Shown piece by piece: positions 1 through 11,405 of a DNA stretch of 64,000 bases (within the stretch, counting starts at the first letter, position 1; each line of letters begins with the position of its first letter). A model generated the notes under the pieces. It ran no database searches. It was given only the letters and a program-made list of their open reading frames with translations, and was not told the origin of the DNA. The stretch covers positions 160,001-224,000 of the forward strand of contig CAWFGE010000020.1 of the NCBI GenBank assembly GCA_963815195.1, in the 5' to 3' direction. The stretch is from an uncultured Planctomycetaceae bacterium (GTDB lineage: Bacteria > Planctomycetota > Planctomycetia > Planctomycetales > Planctomycetaceae). The translations under genes were made by a program, and so were the position numbers.

Positions 1-8
1 CGGGCAGC

Positions 9-2408
9 GTGAACGATCAGCCGGCCGACTCCCAAAAGATCCGCAAAGGGGAAAAGCGGTTTCACGAAGTCGGCTGCACGGCCTGTCACGCTCCACGAGA
101 CGGGGCGGTGCTGAAAGACTCCGTGTCGGTGCCCTTGGGCGAACTCTCCCAGAAATACACCGTGCCCAGCCTGACGCAGTTTTTGCTCGACCCGCTCAAA
201 GTCCGCCCCTCCGCCCGGATGCCGGCCCCGAACTTAAACAAAAATGAAACCGAAGAACTCGTGAGCTATTTGCTCCAAGACCTTGCCGGCTTCGTCGCGC
301 CCGAAATCGCCAACCTGCCGAAGGTCCCCTACCGTTACTACGAAGGCAACTGGTCGAACCTGCCGGATTTTGAAACGCTCAAGCCGAAGACCGCGAAACA
401 AGGCCCGGCCTTCAGTGCCAGCGTCACCGAGCGGGACAACAATTTCGGATTGGTGTTCGATGCATGGTTTCTGGTCCCCGCCACCGGGGATTATACATTC
501 GAAATCACCTCCGACGACGGCAGCGAACTTTTGGCGGACCAGAAGCGAGTGGTCCTCAACGATGGCGCGCACCCGGCCCAATCCCAGCAGGGAAAAACGC
601 ACCTCGAAAAAGGCCCGCACCAGATCACGGTGCGATACTTCCAAGCCGGCGGCCCGTTTGAGCTTCACGTCAAAATGGGCGGCCCCGGTCTTCCGCTCCA
701 GCCGCTGGGACCGCTCGTCGCCGCGAGCCGGGAGGAACTTCTCAAAAAAGCGGCGACCAAACCGGACAAAGACAAAGAAGAACCGCGGTTCGTGATCGAT
801 CCCCAACTCGTCAAACAAGGCCGGGGGCTGTTTGCCAGCTTGGGATGTGCCTCGTGTCACGGGCTCAAGGAAAACAATCAACGGATCCAAACCGCCGCAG
901 CGACTCGTCATCTGGCGAAACCGCTTCACGAACTCACGGGCACCGGCGGTTGTCTCGCGGCAAAAGCCGAATCGCACGCGCCGTTTTTCTCCTTGAGCCA
1001 GACTCAGCGGGATGCGATTTCCCGGGCTTTGGCCGAACTGCGAGCCACTCCCAACGTCCAACCGAAACCGGAGAATCAAATCGCCGCCACCATGCTGCGG
1101 TTCAACTGTTATGCCTGCCACGAGCGAAACAAGATCGGCGGCGTGCCGCAGGCTCGCAACGAACTGTTCCAAACCACGCAAAAAGAAATGGGCGATGAAG
1201 GCCGGATTCCGCCCGCGCTCGACGGCGTGGGAGCCAAGCTGACGACGAACTGGCTCAAAAAGATTTTCGCCGAGGGCGCGGCCGATCGGCCTTACATGCT
1301 GACGAGGATGCCTAAGTTCGGCCAGCAGAACGTCGGCCATTTGCAAACCCTCGTCGAAAACGTGGACACCATCGAGCCCGTGGAGATTCCCACGATCGAC
1401 ATGCCGCTCCGCCGCATCAAATCCGTCGGCCGCTCGATGTGCGGCGACGAGGTCTTCGGCTGCATCAAATGCCACACCTTCAAAGGCGAACGGGCCTTGG
1501 GCGTCCAATCGATCGACATGTCGATCATGACAAACAGGCTCAAGCACGATTGGTTCCACCGGTATCTCGTCAAGCCCTCGGCATTTCGGCCCGGCACCCG
1601 CATGCCCACCGCCTGGCCCCAGGGCCGAAGCACGCTCCGCGATGTGCTCGACGGCGACCCGCACAAACAAATCGAAGCGATCTGGCTGTATCTGTCCGAC
1701 GGCGGCAACGCCCGCCCGCCGCAGGGTTTGAACCGCCAGGCGATCGTTCTCGCTGCGGACAAGAACGCGGTGATCTATCGCAACTTTATCCAAGGCGCGG
1801 GGCCGCGGGCGATCGGCGTCGCGTACCCCGAAAAAGTCAACCTCGCCTTCGACGCCAACGAAATGCGGCTGGCTCTCATTTGGCAAAACAAGTTCATCGA
1901 CGCCTCCAAACATTGGGTGGGCCGCGGTCCGGGTTATCAAGTCCCCTTGGGCGATCAGGTGCTGAAACTTTGGGACGGCCCCGCGTTCGCCCGCCTCGAT
2001 TCCCCCACTGCCGCCTGGCCGACTCAATCCGCCAAAGAGATGGGCTACAAGTTTCGCGGCTATCGGCTCACCAAGGACAACCGCCCCACGTTTCTGTATG
2101 AGTTTGACAACATCGCGATCGAAGATTTCCCCACGGGGGAAGCGACCGGGCCTTTGCTCACGCTGAAGCGAGCTCTCACGCTCAAGCAAAATTCGTCCGA
2201 TGCGGAAAACCTCTTTTTCCGGGCCGCGGTGGGATCCAAGATCGAAGAAGTTTCCAGCCGGACTTACCGCATCAACGATGACTACCAGGTGCGGATTCCT
2301 TCGGATGAGGAGCCGATCATCGTCAAGATCAACGCCCATCAGGAACTCCGCGTCCCGGTTCACTGGAACGACGGCCGGGCGAAGATCGTGCAGGAAATTG
2401 TCTGGTAA
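9..2408 (+). CDS. Multiheme c-type cytochrome with PA14 domain (5' end probably outside the window)
   Basis: Four CxxCH motifs (CTACH, CASCH, CYACH, CIKCH), associated RMP motifs, and a PA14-like segment (DNNFGLVF...SDDGS...YFQAGG). Confidence 0.85.
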   Translation: MNDQPADSQKIRKGEKRFHEVGCTACHAPRDGAVLKDSVSVPLGELSQKYTVPSLTQFLLDPLKVRPSARMPAPNLNKNETEELVSYLLQDLAGFVAPEIANLPKVPYRYYEGNWSNLPDFETLKPKTAKQGPAFSASVTERDNNFGLVFDAWFLVPATGDYTFEITSDDGSELLADQKRVVLNDGAHPAQSQQGKTHLEKGPHQITVRYFQAGGPFELHVKMGGPGLPLQPLGPLVAASREELLKKAATKPDKDKEEPRFVIDPQLVKQGRGLFASLGCASCHGLKENNQRIQTAAATRHLAKPLHELTGTGGCLAAKAESHAPFFSLSQTQRDAISRALAELRATPNVQPKPENQIAATMLRFNCYACHERNKIGGVPQARNELFQTTQKEMGDEGRIPPALDGVGAKLTTNWLKKIFAEGAADRPYMLTRMPKFGQQNVGHLQTLVENVDTIEPVEIPTIDMPLRRIKSVGRSMCGDEVFGCIKCHTFKGERALGVQSIDMSIMTNRLKHDWFHRYLVKPSAFRPGTRMPTAWPQGRSTLRDVLDGDPHKQIEAIWLYLSDGGNARPPQGLNRQAIVLAADKNAVIYRNFIQGAGPRAIGVAYPEKVNLAFDANEMRLALIWQNKFIDASKHWVGRGPGYQVPLGDQVLKLWDGPAFARLDSPTAAWPTQSAKEMGYKFRGYRLTKDNRPTFLYEFDNIAIEDFPTGEATGPLLTLKRALTLKQNSSDAENLFFRAAVGSKIEEVSSRTYRINDDYQVRIPSDEEPIIVKINAHQELRVPVHWNDGRAKIVQEIVW

Positions 2409-2465
2409 ACGCGTTAGAATGTTGGAGTGGATGTTTCCCGGATTCCTAAATGAGAGCCGGTTCCC

Positions 2466-4814
2466 ATGATTCGCAATGTGTTCCTTGTCGCCCTGTTGTT
2501 CGGCCTGCCCGCGGGGGTCCTTGGTGAAGATGCTCCCGATGTGGACGCATTGATCGCCGACTTGAAGAATTCGGATTTGGAAACCCGGCGGGACGCGGCG
2601 TATGCGCTCGCGGCCCTCGGTGCAAAGGCCAAACCCGCGGTCGCCGCGCTCACGACGGCCTTGGACGACCGGGATGAGCAGGTTTGGTTTCAATCGGTGA
2701 TGGCTCTCGCCCGGATTGGTCCGGACGCGGAGCCTGCGATCGGCCGGTTGATGAACGATCTTGGCAACCGCAGCGCGCAGCGGCGATACCGCTCGGCTTA
2801 CGCGCTCGGCATGATCGGACTTAAATCGCTGCCGTCTGTGAGGAACGCCCTTATGGATTCTTCTTCGAGCGTCCGGGCCTCCGCCGCGGAAGCCATTGGC
2901 TGGATGGGCGAGAAAGGCAGCCCCGCGGTGCCCGATCTGATCTGCCTGTTGGGGGACGAGCGAAGCAGCGTCGCCGAAGAAGCCGCCGGCGCCCTGGCCC
3001 GCATCGGCCCGTCCGCCGAGCCGAGCTTGTCCGATGCTTTGGTTCTCAACGACCCCGTGGTGCGGGCGAACGCGGCCGCCGCGCTCAAGCCGCTTCCCGA
3101 TCTCTCGCCGGAGACGGTTCGCCGGCTCAAGTTGCTGGCCGCCGATGATGAAACGCCCTTGGTCCGCGCAAATGCGCTTGCCGCGTTGTCCTCGTCCAAA
3201 GTGCCCGCCGAGGAACTGTTGCCGTTGATCGCGTCGGCTCTCGGCGACGACGCGGAGTTTGTGCGGGAGTCGGCTTTGATCGCGGTGCGAAGAATCGGCC
3301 GCACGTCGAACGCCGTGGTCCCGCTGTTGGTCGGGATGCTCAAAAGCGACGACGCCAAATCGCGGAGGTCCGCCGCGACCGCCTTGGGACAGATGGGATC
3401 CAATGCCCAGTCCGCCGTGCCCGATTTGATCGCCGCGATTCCCCGCTCGCCCGACGAAGCCGACGAGATATTAAAAACCCTGGGCAAGGTCGGCTCGCCC
3501 GCCGTGCCCGCGCTGCTCAAAGCCGCCCGGGAGGAAACGATCTCGCCGGGACAACTGGCCGTCGCCATGTCCGGGATGGGTCCGCGGGCCGTGAATCCAT
3601 TGATCCAATCGCTGAAAAGCGAGTCCCCCGTGGTGCGAAGCGCGGCGGCCGAGTCTTTGGGCAACATCCGCACATCCGCGGCCGCCGCTCTCGAACCTTT
3701 AAAAGCCTCGCTCAAAGATGAATCCCCAGAAGTCCGCGCTGCGGCCGCGAAGTCGCTGGGCCAGTTCGGCGACAACGCCAAGCCCGCCATCGAAAAACTT
3801 TCCCCGTTGATGAAAGACAAGAACGCCGAAGTCCGGGCGAATGCTTTGCTGGCCTTGGCGGAGATCGGATTGGACGCCGAGAAGCTTACCCCGCTCGTCT
3901 CGGCAGGATTGAAGGATGCCGAGATCTCGGTGCGGATTCGGGCGATGGACGCGTTGGCGGGAATGGAAAGTCCCAGCGACGTGTTCCTGCCGGATTTGGT
4001 CAAAGGGTTAAAGGACGAGAATCCGAACTATCGCAAGAGCGCCGCGAAGGCGCTCGGAAGTCTCGTCCCGCCCGCGAAAGCCGCCGTCCCCGATTTGGCG
4101 AACGCTTTAAGCGATCCCGACGCCGAGGTGCGAAAGTCGGCGGCCGAATCGTTGGGCCGGATGGGATCGGGCGCCATCGCCGCGGTGGAACCGTTGACCG
4201 GACTCTTCCAAGATCCCGCGGAACCGGTGCTGTTGGCGGCACTCGAATCCGTTTCCCAAATCGCACCCGCGGCAAAGGCGGTCCGCCCGAAACTCGCTCC
4301 GCTTTTGGGCCATAAACAACCGGCCGTTCGATTGGCGGCCCTCAAATGCCTGGTGAAGGTCGAGAAGGAATCGTCCGTGCTGGTGCCGGCGCTGACGCAA
4401 TCGCTCAAGGATGACGATTGGACCGTCCGCAAAGAAGCGGCGTTCTCTTTGGGCAAACTGGGACCGGACGCCAAGTCCGCCGTGCCCACATTGTTCGCCT
4501 TGTTGGACAGCGAGCAGGATCAAGATGCGGCCCGCGGCGCGCTTCGCGAGATTGATGCGGTCGATCCGGATGCTCTGCCGATTTTGCTCGAAGCCCTCAA
4601 GACCGGCGAAGGCCGCAAGCGGTTTTATGCGGTGTTCTTCCTGAAAAAACTCGGCCCCGCCGCGAAGGCGGCGCTCCCCGAACTCAAACGGCTGCAAAAT
4701 GACGACAGCGGCCGCTTCCGCCGGTTCCTCGACGATGCCGTCCGCGACATCGAAGCCGCCCCGGATAAGGAAACCACCGCGGCCATCGCGGAAAAACCAC
4801 CCCGGGAGGAATGA
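2466..4814 (+). CDS. Secreted HEAT/PBS-lyase repeat protein
   Basis: Signal peptide, then many 'VRxxAAxALGxxGxxAxxAVPxL' repeats. Confidence 0.9.
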   Translation: MIRNVFLVALLFGLPAGVLGEDAPDVDALIADLKNSDLETRRDAAYALAALGAKAKPAVAALTTALDDRDEQVWFQSVMALARIGPDAEPAIGRLMNDLGNRSAQRRYRSAYALGMIGLKSLPSVRNALMDSSSSVRASAAEAIGWMGEKGSPAVPDLICLLGDERSSVAEEAAGALARIGPSAEPSLSDALVLNDPVVRANAAAALKPLPDLSPETVRRLKLLAADDETPLVRANALAALSSSKVPAEELLPLIASALGDDAEFVRESALIAVRRIGRTSNAVVPLLVGMLKSDDAKSRRSAATALGQMGSNAQSAVPDLIAAIPRSPDEADEILKTLGKVGSPAVPALLKAAREETISPGQLAVAMSGMGPRAVNPLIQSLKSESPVVRSAAAESLGNIRTSAAAALEPLKASLKDESPEVRAAAAKSLGQFGDNAKPAIEKLSPLMKDKNAEVRANALLALAEIGLDAEKLTPLVSAGLKDAEISVRIRAMDALAGMESPSDVFLPDLVKGLKDENPNYRKSAAKALGSLVPPAKAAVPDLANALSDPDAEVRKSAAESLGRMGSGAIAAVEPLTGLFQDPAEPVLLAALESVSQIAPAAKAVRPKLAPLLGHKQPAVRLAALKCLVKVEKESSVLVPALTQSLKDDDWTVRKEAAFSLGKLGPDAKSAVPTLFALLDSEQDQDAARGALREIDAVDPDALPILLEALKTGEGRKRFYAVFFLKKLGPAAKAALPELKRLQNDDSGRFRRFLDDAVRDIEAAPDKETTAAIAEKPPREE

Positions 4815-4820
4815 GGAATA

Positions 4821-4962
4821 GACCACGAAACACATGGAGGGAAGAGGGACCACGAAACACACGAAAGACACGAAAAAGGCCCATTGCTTGTCTTCCTCAA
4901 TCAGTTTTTGCCAATCCTTTCGCATCGCCCACACCCGGAATTTTTTCGTGTGTTTCGTGGTC
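4821..4962. repeat. Short-repeat palindromic intergenic element (CACGAAA units)
   Basis: GACCACGAAACAC at 4821 and 4848 and ACACGAAAGACACGAAAAA to about 4878; inverted arm TTTTTTCGTGTGTTTCGTGGTC at 4941-4962. Confidence 0.75.
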
Positions 4963-5169
4963 CCCCTTCTTCCGAAGTTACTGAAATTGTAAGTCGAAAG
5001 CGGAGGGGTGGCTGGGGCGCACAGGATTGTTCCGCGGAAAAAGGGATTAGAGACCTGGGGCCGTGTGAGGTTTTTCTCCCCCCGGCCATAGCCCCAGAAT
5101 TCGCAATTCAAGCGTCATTCCTAGGCGAATTTGCGCCCCAGCCACCCAAACGCTTACAGTGTGTAGAAG

Positions 5170-6672
5170 TCATAATCCGCTGCGGACGGCGGGCATGTTG
5201 TCCGCGAAGGGGGCGCCGTTACGCTTGAGTTCCGCAATCGCGGCTTCGCGCATGTGTTTGAGTTGGCTTTGAAACGCCGGCTTCACGGCGAGATTGTCGA
5301 GTTCGTTCGGATCTTTTTTGAGGTCGTAAAGCTCCTCGAGATCGTTTTCGATCAACGGCCGCACGTATTTGTATTGGCCTTCGCGGAGCATGACGTACCA
5401 AGGTGTCGCCGAGTGCCACGCCGCTTCGCCTTTGGGAATGGGGTTGGTGTCCGAGCCGTATTTCTGGCCGGTCGCGGTGAGCAGCATCGGATAAGGCCAA
5501 TCGGCACCGGGGTTTTTTAAGAGCGGCGTCAAATCGTGGCCGTGCATTTTCCACGGGAGTTCCACGCCGGCGAAGCGGAAGATTGTGGGCACCAAATCCA
5601 CGCCGCCCACGGGCGTCTTGCAGACAGCTCCTTGGGGAATCTTTCCGGGGAAGCTGATAATCATCGGCGAGCGGATGTTGGAATCGTACCCCGCGACCTT
5701 GTGCCGATACCCATGCTGACCCCAGGCAAAGCCTTGGTCGGACGTAAAGATAATCAGCGTGTTTTCCCGTTGGCCGGATTCGTCGAGCGACTTCAAAACT
5801 TTGTCGATGCCCTCATCGATCGCCCGCACGCCTTGATGATACTGCCGGACCCAGGACGTCAACGTGCGGTTCTGCCACATGGGGGTGTCGTTTTCGCCCT
5901 TCTTCCAGAAGTCGACGGTCTGCGCCCAATCCGGCTTGCCGGGCCGGGGCGGGAAGATGTCGGCGGGCGTGGGAACTTCGATGCCCGGGTACAGCGACTT
6001 GTGCCGATCCGCCGGGGTATAGGGGCTGTGGACCGCTCCGTAACAGAGCCAGAGATACCAGGGCTTGTCCTGGTCGCGGCCGTTGCCTTTGATGAAATCC
6101 GTCGCCCAGTCGGTGTATTGGTCGGTCGAGTAGCGTTTGAGCATTTTCGTCTCGCCGCCCTGATAAGTAATCGGCTGGTCGTAGTAATAATGCTGGCTGG
6201 TTTCGGGATGTTTGGGGCGGTTCCAGACGATCTGAAAATCCCAATCCCGCCCGTAGCCGGTATCGACGCCCGTGTGCCATTTGCCGATCTGGGCGGTGAA
6301 GTAGCCGTTCTTGCGAAACACGCTCGGCCAGAACCGGCACTTTTCGGGATCGTAGGCGCTGCCTGGATATTCGCCTTCCATCCGCATCGACTCCACGCCG
6401 AACTGATGATGCCCCGTGAGCAGCGTCGCCCGCGAAGGCATGCACCACGTGCCGATGTAAGCGTATTCAAACCGCACCCCTTCGCGGGCCAGCCGGTCGA
6501 TCGTCGGCGTCTTCGCCCAAGGGTAGGCTTGGGGATAGCAGCTCACCGTGCGGTAGGAATGGTCGTCGGTGTAGATGAACAGGATGTTCGGCCGCTTGTC
6601 CGCCGCCTGCGCTTTTGCGGCGTTCCCCAGAACCGCGAACCAAACCAAGACCCACACAGAAAATCGCAACAT
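5170..6672 (-). CDS. Sulfatase (formylglycine-dependent)
   Basis: RPNILFIYTDD, CMPSRATLLTG (CxPxR), GKWH, SDQG, ELYDL motifs; signal peptide. Confidence 0.95.
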   Translation of the reverse strand: MLRFSVWVLVWFAVLGNAAKAQAADKRPNILFIYTDDHSYRTVSCYPQAYPWAKTPTIDRLAREGVRFEYAYIGTWCMPSRATLLTGHHQFGVESMRMEGEYPGSAYDPEKCRFWPSVFRKNGYFTAQIGKWHTGVDTGYGRDWDFQIVWNRPKHPETSQHYYYDQPITYQGGETKMLKRYSTDQYTDWATDFIKGNGRDQDKPWYLWLCYGAVHSPYTPADRHKSLYPGIEVPTPADIFPPRPGKPDWAQTVDFWKKGENDTPMWQNRTLTSWVRQYHQGVRAIDEGIDKVLKSLDESGQRENTLIIFTSDQGFAWGQHGYRHKVAGYDSNIRSPMIISFPGKIPQGAVCKTPVGGVDLVPTIFRFAGVELPWKMHGHDLTPLLKNPGADWPYPMLLTATGQKYGSDTNPIPKGEAAWHSATPWYVMLREGQYKYVRPLIENDLEELYDLKKDPNELDNLAVKPAFQSQLKHMREAAIAELKRNGAPFADNMPAVRSGL

Positions 6673-6752
6673 GATCGCCTCGCCGCTTTAAGGAAGACTT
6701 AGAAACTTCTCCCCCATTCTGCCGCGGGTTCCGCGCGATCACAAGCGACCTG

Positions 6753-8081
6753 TTAGCCGACGAGTTCGCGGATGGGCCGCGGGCCGTCGGGCATAATCGT
6801 CACCGGCCGCTCGCGGACATCGCGGACGTAGCTGTGCGGATCGATGCCCATCAGGTGATAAATCGTGGCCAAAATGTCGCGATAATCGACCGGGCGGTCC
6901 TCGGCGTACGCGGCCGTCTTGTCGGTGGAACCGATGACCTGTCCCGCGGGCACGCCGCCCCCGGCAATCAGCGCCGATTGCACGGGAGCCCAGTGGTCGC
7001 GGCCGGCGCTTTTGTTAATCTTCGGCGTGCGGCCGAACTCGCCCCAGACAACGAGCGTCACGTCTTTGTCCAAGCCTCGCTCGTAAAGGTCCTCGATCAG
7101 CGAGGCGATGCCGGCGTCGAAGGTGGGAAGGTGCTTTTTCAGATGGTTGAAATTGTTGCCGTGGGTGTCCCAGAAACCATACGCCACGGTGACCACGCGC
7201 ACGCCGGCTTCGACGAGCCGGCGGGCTTGGAGGAGCTGCTCGTTCCACAGTGGGGCCCCGTCGCCCAGATGCTTGGACGTGCCGTTTTTGTACTTTTCGC
7301 GGACTTTGGCGTCCTCGCGGGACAGGTCCAAGGCTTCGACAACTTGTGAGGACGTGAGCACCTTAAACGCTTTGCGGTAGCTTTCATCCACATCGGCGAG
7401 CACGCCGGCGTCGGCCGACTGGCGGAACGTGTTCAAGGAATCCAAAAGTTTTTGGCGTTTGTCGAACTGGGCGCGTTCAACATAGCGGAGCTTCATGCTG
7501 GCGATGTCTTCGCCGTCGGCCCGGACCTGATGATATTTGCTGCCCAGATACCCCGCGCCGGTGCTGTTGTAGGGGCGGTGCTGCATCGTGGGGAACAAAT
7601 CCACGAACGGCGGCACGGTGGGCTTCGTCGGGCCTTTGACCTTGGCGATCACCGATCCGAAATTCGGATAGCCTTCCCGCTCGGTGTCGCGCATGGATTG
7701 GCCCACGAGACTTTGAAAGCTGGAATGCTCGTCCCGCTGGCCGACGACCGAGCGAATGATCGAGCAGCGGTCCATCACCTGGGCGAGGCGGGGCAGCTTT
7801 TCGCTGATCTGAATCCCGGGCACGCTCGTGGGGATCGGCAGAAACTCGCCGCGAATCTCCGGGGCTGCCTCGGGCTTCAAATCGAACGTGTCCTGGTGGG
7901 AAATCCCTCCGGAGAGGTACACCATGATGACGGCTTTATGCTTGGACCCGCCGGCCGCTTCCTCGGCGGCCAGCAGTTGCGGCAGAGTCAACCCACCGAC
8001 CGCGAGGGTGCCGGCTTGGAGAAACGTCCGCCGATCGAGGCCGTCACAGTAACGATATTTCGCACCAGGGAGGGAAAGCAT
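6753..8081 (-). CDS. DUF1501 family protein
   Basis: Tat-like RRTFLQ, GGISHQDTFDLKP, ARRLVEAGV, WDTH, GEFGRTP, GRDHW. Confidence 0.93.
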   Translation of the reverse strand: MLSLPGAKYRYCDGLDRRTFLQAGTLAVGGLTLPQLLAAEEAAGGSKHKAVIMVYLSGGISHQDTFDLKPEAAPEIRGEFLPIPTSVPGIQISEKLPRLAQVMDRCSIIRSVVGQRDEHSSFQSLVGQSMRDTEREGYPNFGSVIAKVKGPTKPTVPPFVDLFPTMQHRPYNSTGAGYLGSKYHQVRADGEDIASMKLRYVERAQFDKRQKLLDSLNTFRQSADAGVLADVDESYRKAFKVLTSSQVVEALDLSREDAKVREKYKNGTSKHLGDGAPLWNEQLLQARRLVEAGVRVVTVAYGFWDTHGNNFNHLKKHLPTFDAGIASLIEDLYERGLDKDVTLVVWGEFGRTPKINKSAGRDHWAPVQSALIAGGGVPAGQVIGSTDKTAAYAEDRPVDYRDILATIYHLMGIDPHSYVRDVRERPVTIMPDGPRPIRELVG

Positions 8082-8184
8082 GGCAGGGTCTTTCGAGTGA
8101 ACGTTGGGGTCTCGATCCTATCGACACGGCAGGAGCTACATTTTACCTAACTTCCCCGCGGCCGGGCAATCGTCGCCTTCAAAA

Positions 8185-8346
8185 TCTGGCTCTTCCGGCG
8201 AATCGGGGGGCGGACGCTGATGATCTTTTTGTGCGATGATCAACCACCGATTTCACCTCCCTTTGGGCCCTTTGGGGAGGTGAAAGAGCGCGGACAAGAA
8301 ATGTTTTAGCACCGTCGTCGTTCCGCCTGATGATCCAGAAGAACCA
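8185..8346. repeat. ~165-nt rod-shaped dispersed element, copy A (candidate ncRNA or MITE)
   Basis: Reverse-complement homologue of about 32216-32366. Ends are self-complementary (TGGCTCTTCCGG / CCAGAAGAACCA) and there is a central hairpin TTTCACCTCCC...GGGAGGTGAAA. Confidence 0.8.
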
Positions 8347-8596
8347 AAATTTTTGCGCAAGTTTCGCGGCGGTGCGCATTGTTATTTGTAGGAACCCTGC
8401 CCGCGGGGGTTGGCCGGGCTGATGCGGGCAATTTTGGTTAATCCTTAAAATTCCCCCAAATTTATTTCGATAAAGGTCGGCTGCGGTTATAAAATAGGAA
8501 AAAACGGCCCGGACAACCGCTGCGCCGGCTGTGAGAAGATAACTGTTTGAAATTTCACTAGAATCCACTCTGCCGTCCCGAATCTGGGAGTTATCC

Positions 8597-11405
8597 ATGT
8601 CAAGTTCTTGGACCCACCGAATGCCCTGGCACGGAGCCATGTTGTTGGCTGTGTTGGGGTTAGCACCGCTGTTTGCCGCGGGGTGCGCCGCTCCCGTGAG
8701 CCGATCCCAGGATGGGGAATCGCATCGCCCGCTGGACATCTCGGCCTACGAAGAGCCGGGCGGCGAAACTTACCTCGCGGTCTCGGTGAAGCTGCCGGAT
8801 TTGCCGCGCGGTGAAATCTCCCGGCACGACCATGTGCTGTTGGTGGACACCTCCGCGAGCCAGGTCGGCGAGCATCGGCAGCAGGCTCTTGCCGTGGCGA
8901 AAGCCTTTGTGGATTCGCTTCCTGCTGGGCATCGCGTGGCCGTGTATGCGGTCGATCTGCAAACTCAGGCGTTGACGGAGGGCTTTGTGCCGGTTCGCGG
9001 GACGGAATCCCAAGCCGCGCTGGCCAAGCTCGATCGCCGGCTGCCGTTGGGGGCAACGAATCTCGCCGGGGCTCTCCACCGGGCGCTTTCGGACGTGGAA
9101 AACGGCGAATCCTCGTCGATTCTCTACATCGGCGACGGCATGAGCGCTGCGAACCTGCTGCCGGCGGAAGAATTAGACGAACTGGCGAAAACGCTCCGCG
9201 ACCGCAAGCTGCCCGTGCACAGTTACGCGGTCGGGCCTGCGCACCGACTTGCAACTGCTCGGAGCGCTGGGTCAGCAGACCGGCGGCTATGTGCAATTCG
9301 ACATGGCGAGCGAGCAACTCGACGCCCCCAGCCGCGTCGGGGAGCAACTCGCCAACGCGGTGACGGCTCCGATTTATTATCCGAAGAGCATCGCTGTCGA
9401 GCCGGCGGACTTGAAGGTGCTGCCGAACGCGGCGCTGCCGCTGCGGACGGACCGCTCGACGGTGTATCTCGGCAAAGGCCGCTTGACCGGCGGCGTGACC
9501 GTTCGCGTGGCGGGCGAGGGCCTGGCGGAAACGCTGTCCGTGCCCCGGTCCGGCTTTGAAACCGGTCAGACATTCCTCCGCAACCAATATCAACAGGCCG
9601 AGAAGTCCGACGGCCTGAGCGTGGCTTATGCCGGGAACCGCCTGTTGCGGACGGCTCAGGCGGGGTTTGACAATCAACTCGCCGCGATGGTCTCCGCGGG
9701 CGAACGGGCGGTCGCCATGCACCAATTCGATCAGGCCGAGGAAATCGGGCTGGCGATCAAAGACGCCGATCCGAACAACGCGGGTGCCCAAATGCTGTTG
9801 GGGGCCGCCCGCAAAGGCAAGGCCCGCACGCGGACTGTCGCGTTTCAGAACCAGCCGAGCCTGCTGGACGATCCCGCGGTTCAACAACAACTCGGCCAGC
9901 CCGCCGGTATCGATCAAACCCTGCCGCCGGCCGGTCAAAGTCTGATTCCCAATGTCGTGCAGGCACAAAATATCCGGACCCAGCAACTCACGCTGGAAGT
10001 CAACCAGGCGATCGAAGAAGCCGACAACTTGTTCCGCACGGCACCGGACGAAGCATTGGAAACCCTCAAGTTCGAATTGGGCGCCGTGCAGGATGCCACC
10101 GACATCATCCCCGAAGCCCGCGCTCAACTGCTCCGCCGGTTGCAGTCGAAGCAGTTGGAGATGCAAACCCGCAAGCGGCTGGTCGAGCAAAACCAGATCT
10201 CCCTCGCCGAGCGGCAGGCGGCGATCGAAGCCCAACAGCGGCTGATCGATCTCGCCGGCGAGGAGGAACTGGAACTCGAGCGGCTGATCGACAAGGTGCG
10301 GGCCCTGATGGAAGAAGGCTACCATGGCAACGACGACGCCTTTTTGGAAGCGGAAGCCGTCGCGAATGCCGCCGTCGATTTGCAGCCCGGCGAAGGCACA
10401 TCCTCGGCCGCGCTGTTTACGTCCGAAGCCGCTTTGCAGTTGAACCGGGCCTTTCGGCTGCGGGCTCTGCGGGCGGACAAGTTTCTGGAAGTGCTGTATC
10501 AAGTCGAACTCTCCCACGTGCCCTTCCCGGACGAGCCGCCCGTCCTTTGGCCGCCGGCTCCGGTGTGGAGGGCCTTGACGGAGCGCCGGAAAAAGTGGGC
10601 CTCGGTCGATTTGCACAAAAACAGCCCCGCCGAGGAAAAAATCCAAGCCGCGCTCATCAATCCGCGGGGCGTGGACATCGAGTTCATCGAAACGCCGCTG
10701 AAAGACGCGATGGAGTTCATCGGCGATGCCAACGACATCACGATCATCATCGACGAGCAGGCCCTCACCGAGGAAGGCGTGGCCATCGATGAGCCGATCA
10801 ACAAGATTCTCTCCGGGATCACGCTGCGAAGCGCCCTCAAAATCATCCTGGAACCCTTGGGCCTGACCTACATCATCGACGATGAAGTCATGAAGATCAC
10901 CACGATCATTGCCGCGGACGAAAAACTCACCACGCGGGTCTACCCGGTGGGCGACTTGGTCATTCCGGTATTGAGCGGGCCGATGGCCTCGATGATGTTG
11001 GGGGGAGGCATGGGAGGCATGGGCGGCATGGGAGGCATGAGCGGTATGGGAGGTATGATGGGAGGCGGGATGGGAGGAGGAATGGGAGGCGGAATGGGAA
11101 TGGGAGGAATGGGCGGCATGGGAGGCGGAATGGGCATGTTCAACATCGCCCCCCAGCCCATGCCCCAACCTCAGAAAGCGAAAGCCCCGAACGCCAAGGC
11201 TGGTGCCCAAAATGGCCAGGCCGCACCTCGCGGGCGGCGGGCGGCCGATCCCGAAATGGAAAACCTTTTGAACCGGATCCTGGATCAAACCTCGTCCCAA
11301 ACCGCTCCGGAAGACTTCCAACCGCAGTGGTTCGCCCAGATCCAAGACGGCGGCTTCCGCCTGGACAACAAAGCCGTCGAAGCCCTGAAAAAAAAAGTGA
11401 CGTAA
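8597..11405 (+). CDS. VWA-domain lipoprotein with C-terminal STN/secretin-N-like domain and Gly/Met-rich tract; one extra base near 9238 splits it
   Basis: Lipobox-like FAAGC, MIDAS DTSAS, YIGDG. Frames join as YAVGP|RTDLQLLG. Later IEFIETPLKD...ITLRSAL...VYPVGDLV segment. Confidence 0.8.
11000..11138 (+). repeat. Coding low-complexity GGM repeat
   Basis: Tandem GGAGGCATG/GGCGGCATG-type units encoding GGMGGMGGM. Confidence 0.85.

Noticed and set aside
8216..8345. Hammerhead ribozyme (CTGATGA motifs)
   Set aside because: No stem II followed by GAAA in the required arrangement, and the first CTGATGA is not conserved in copy B.
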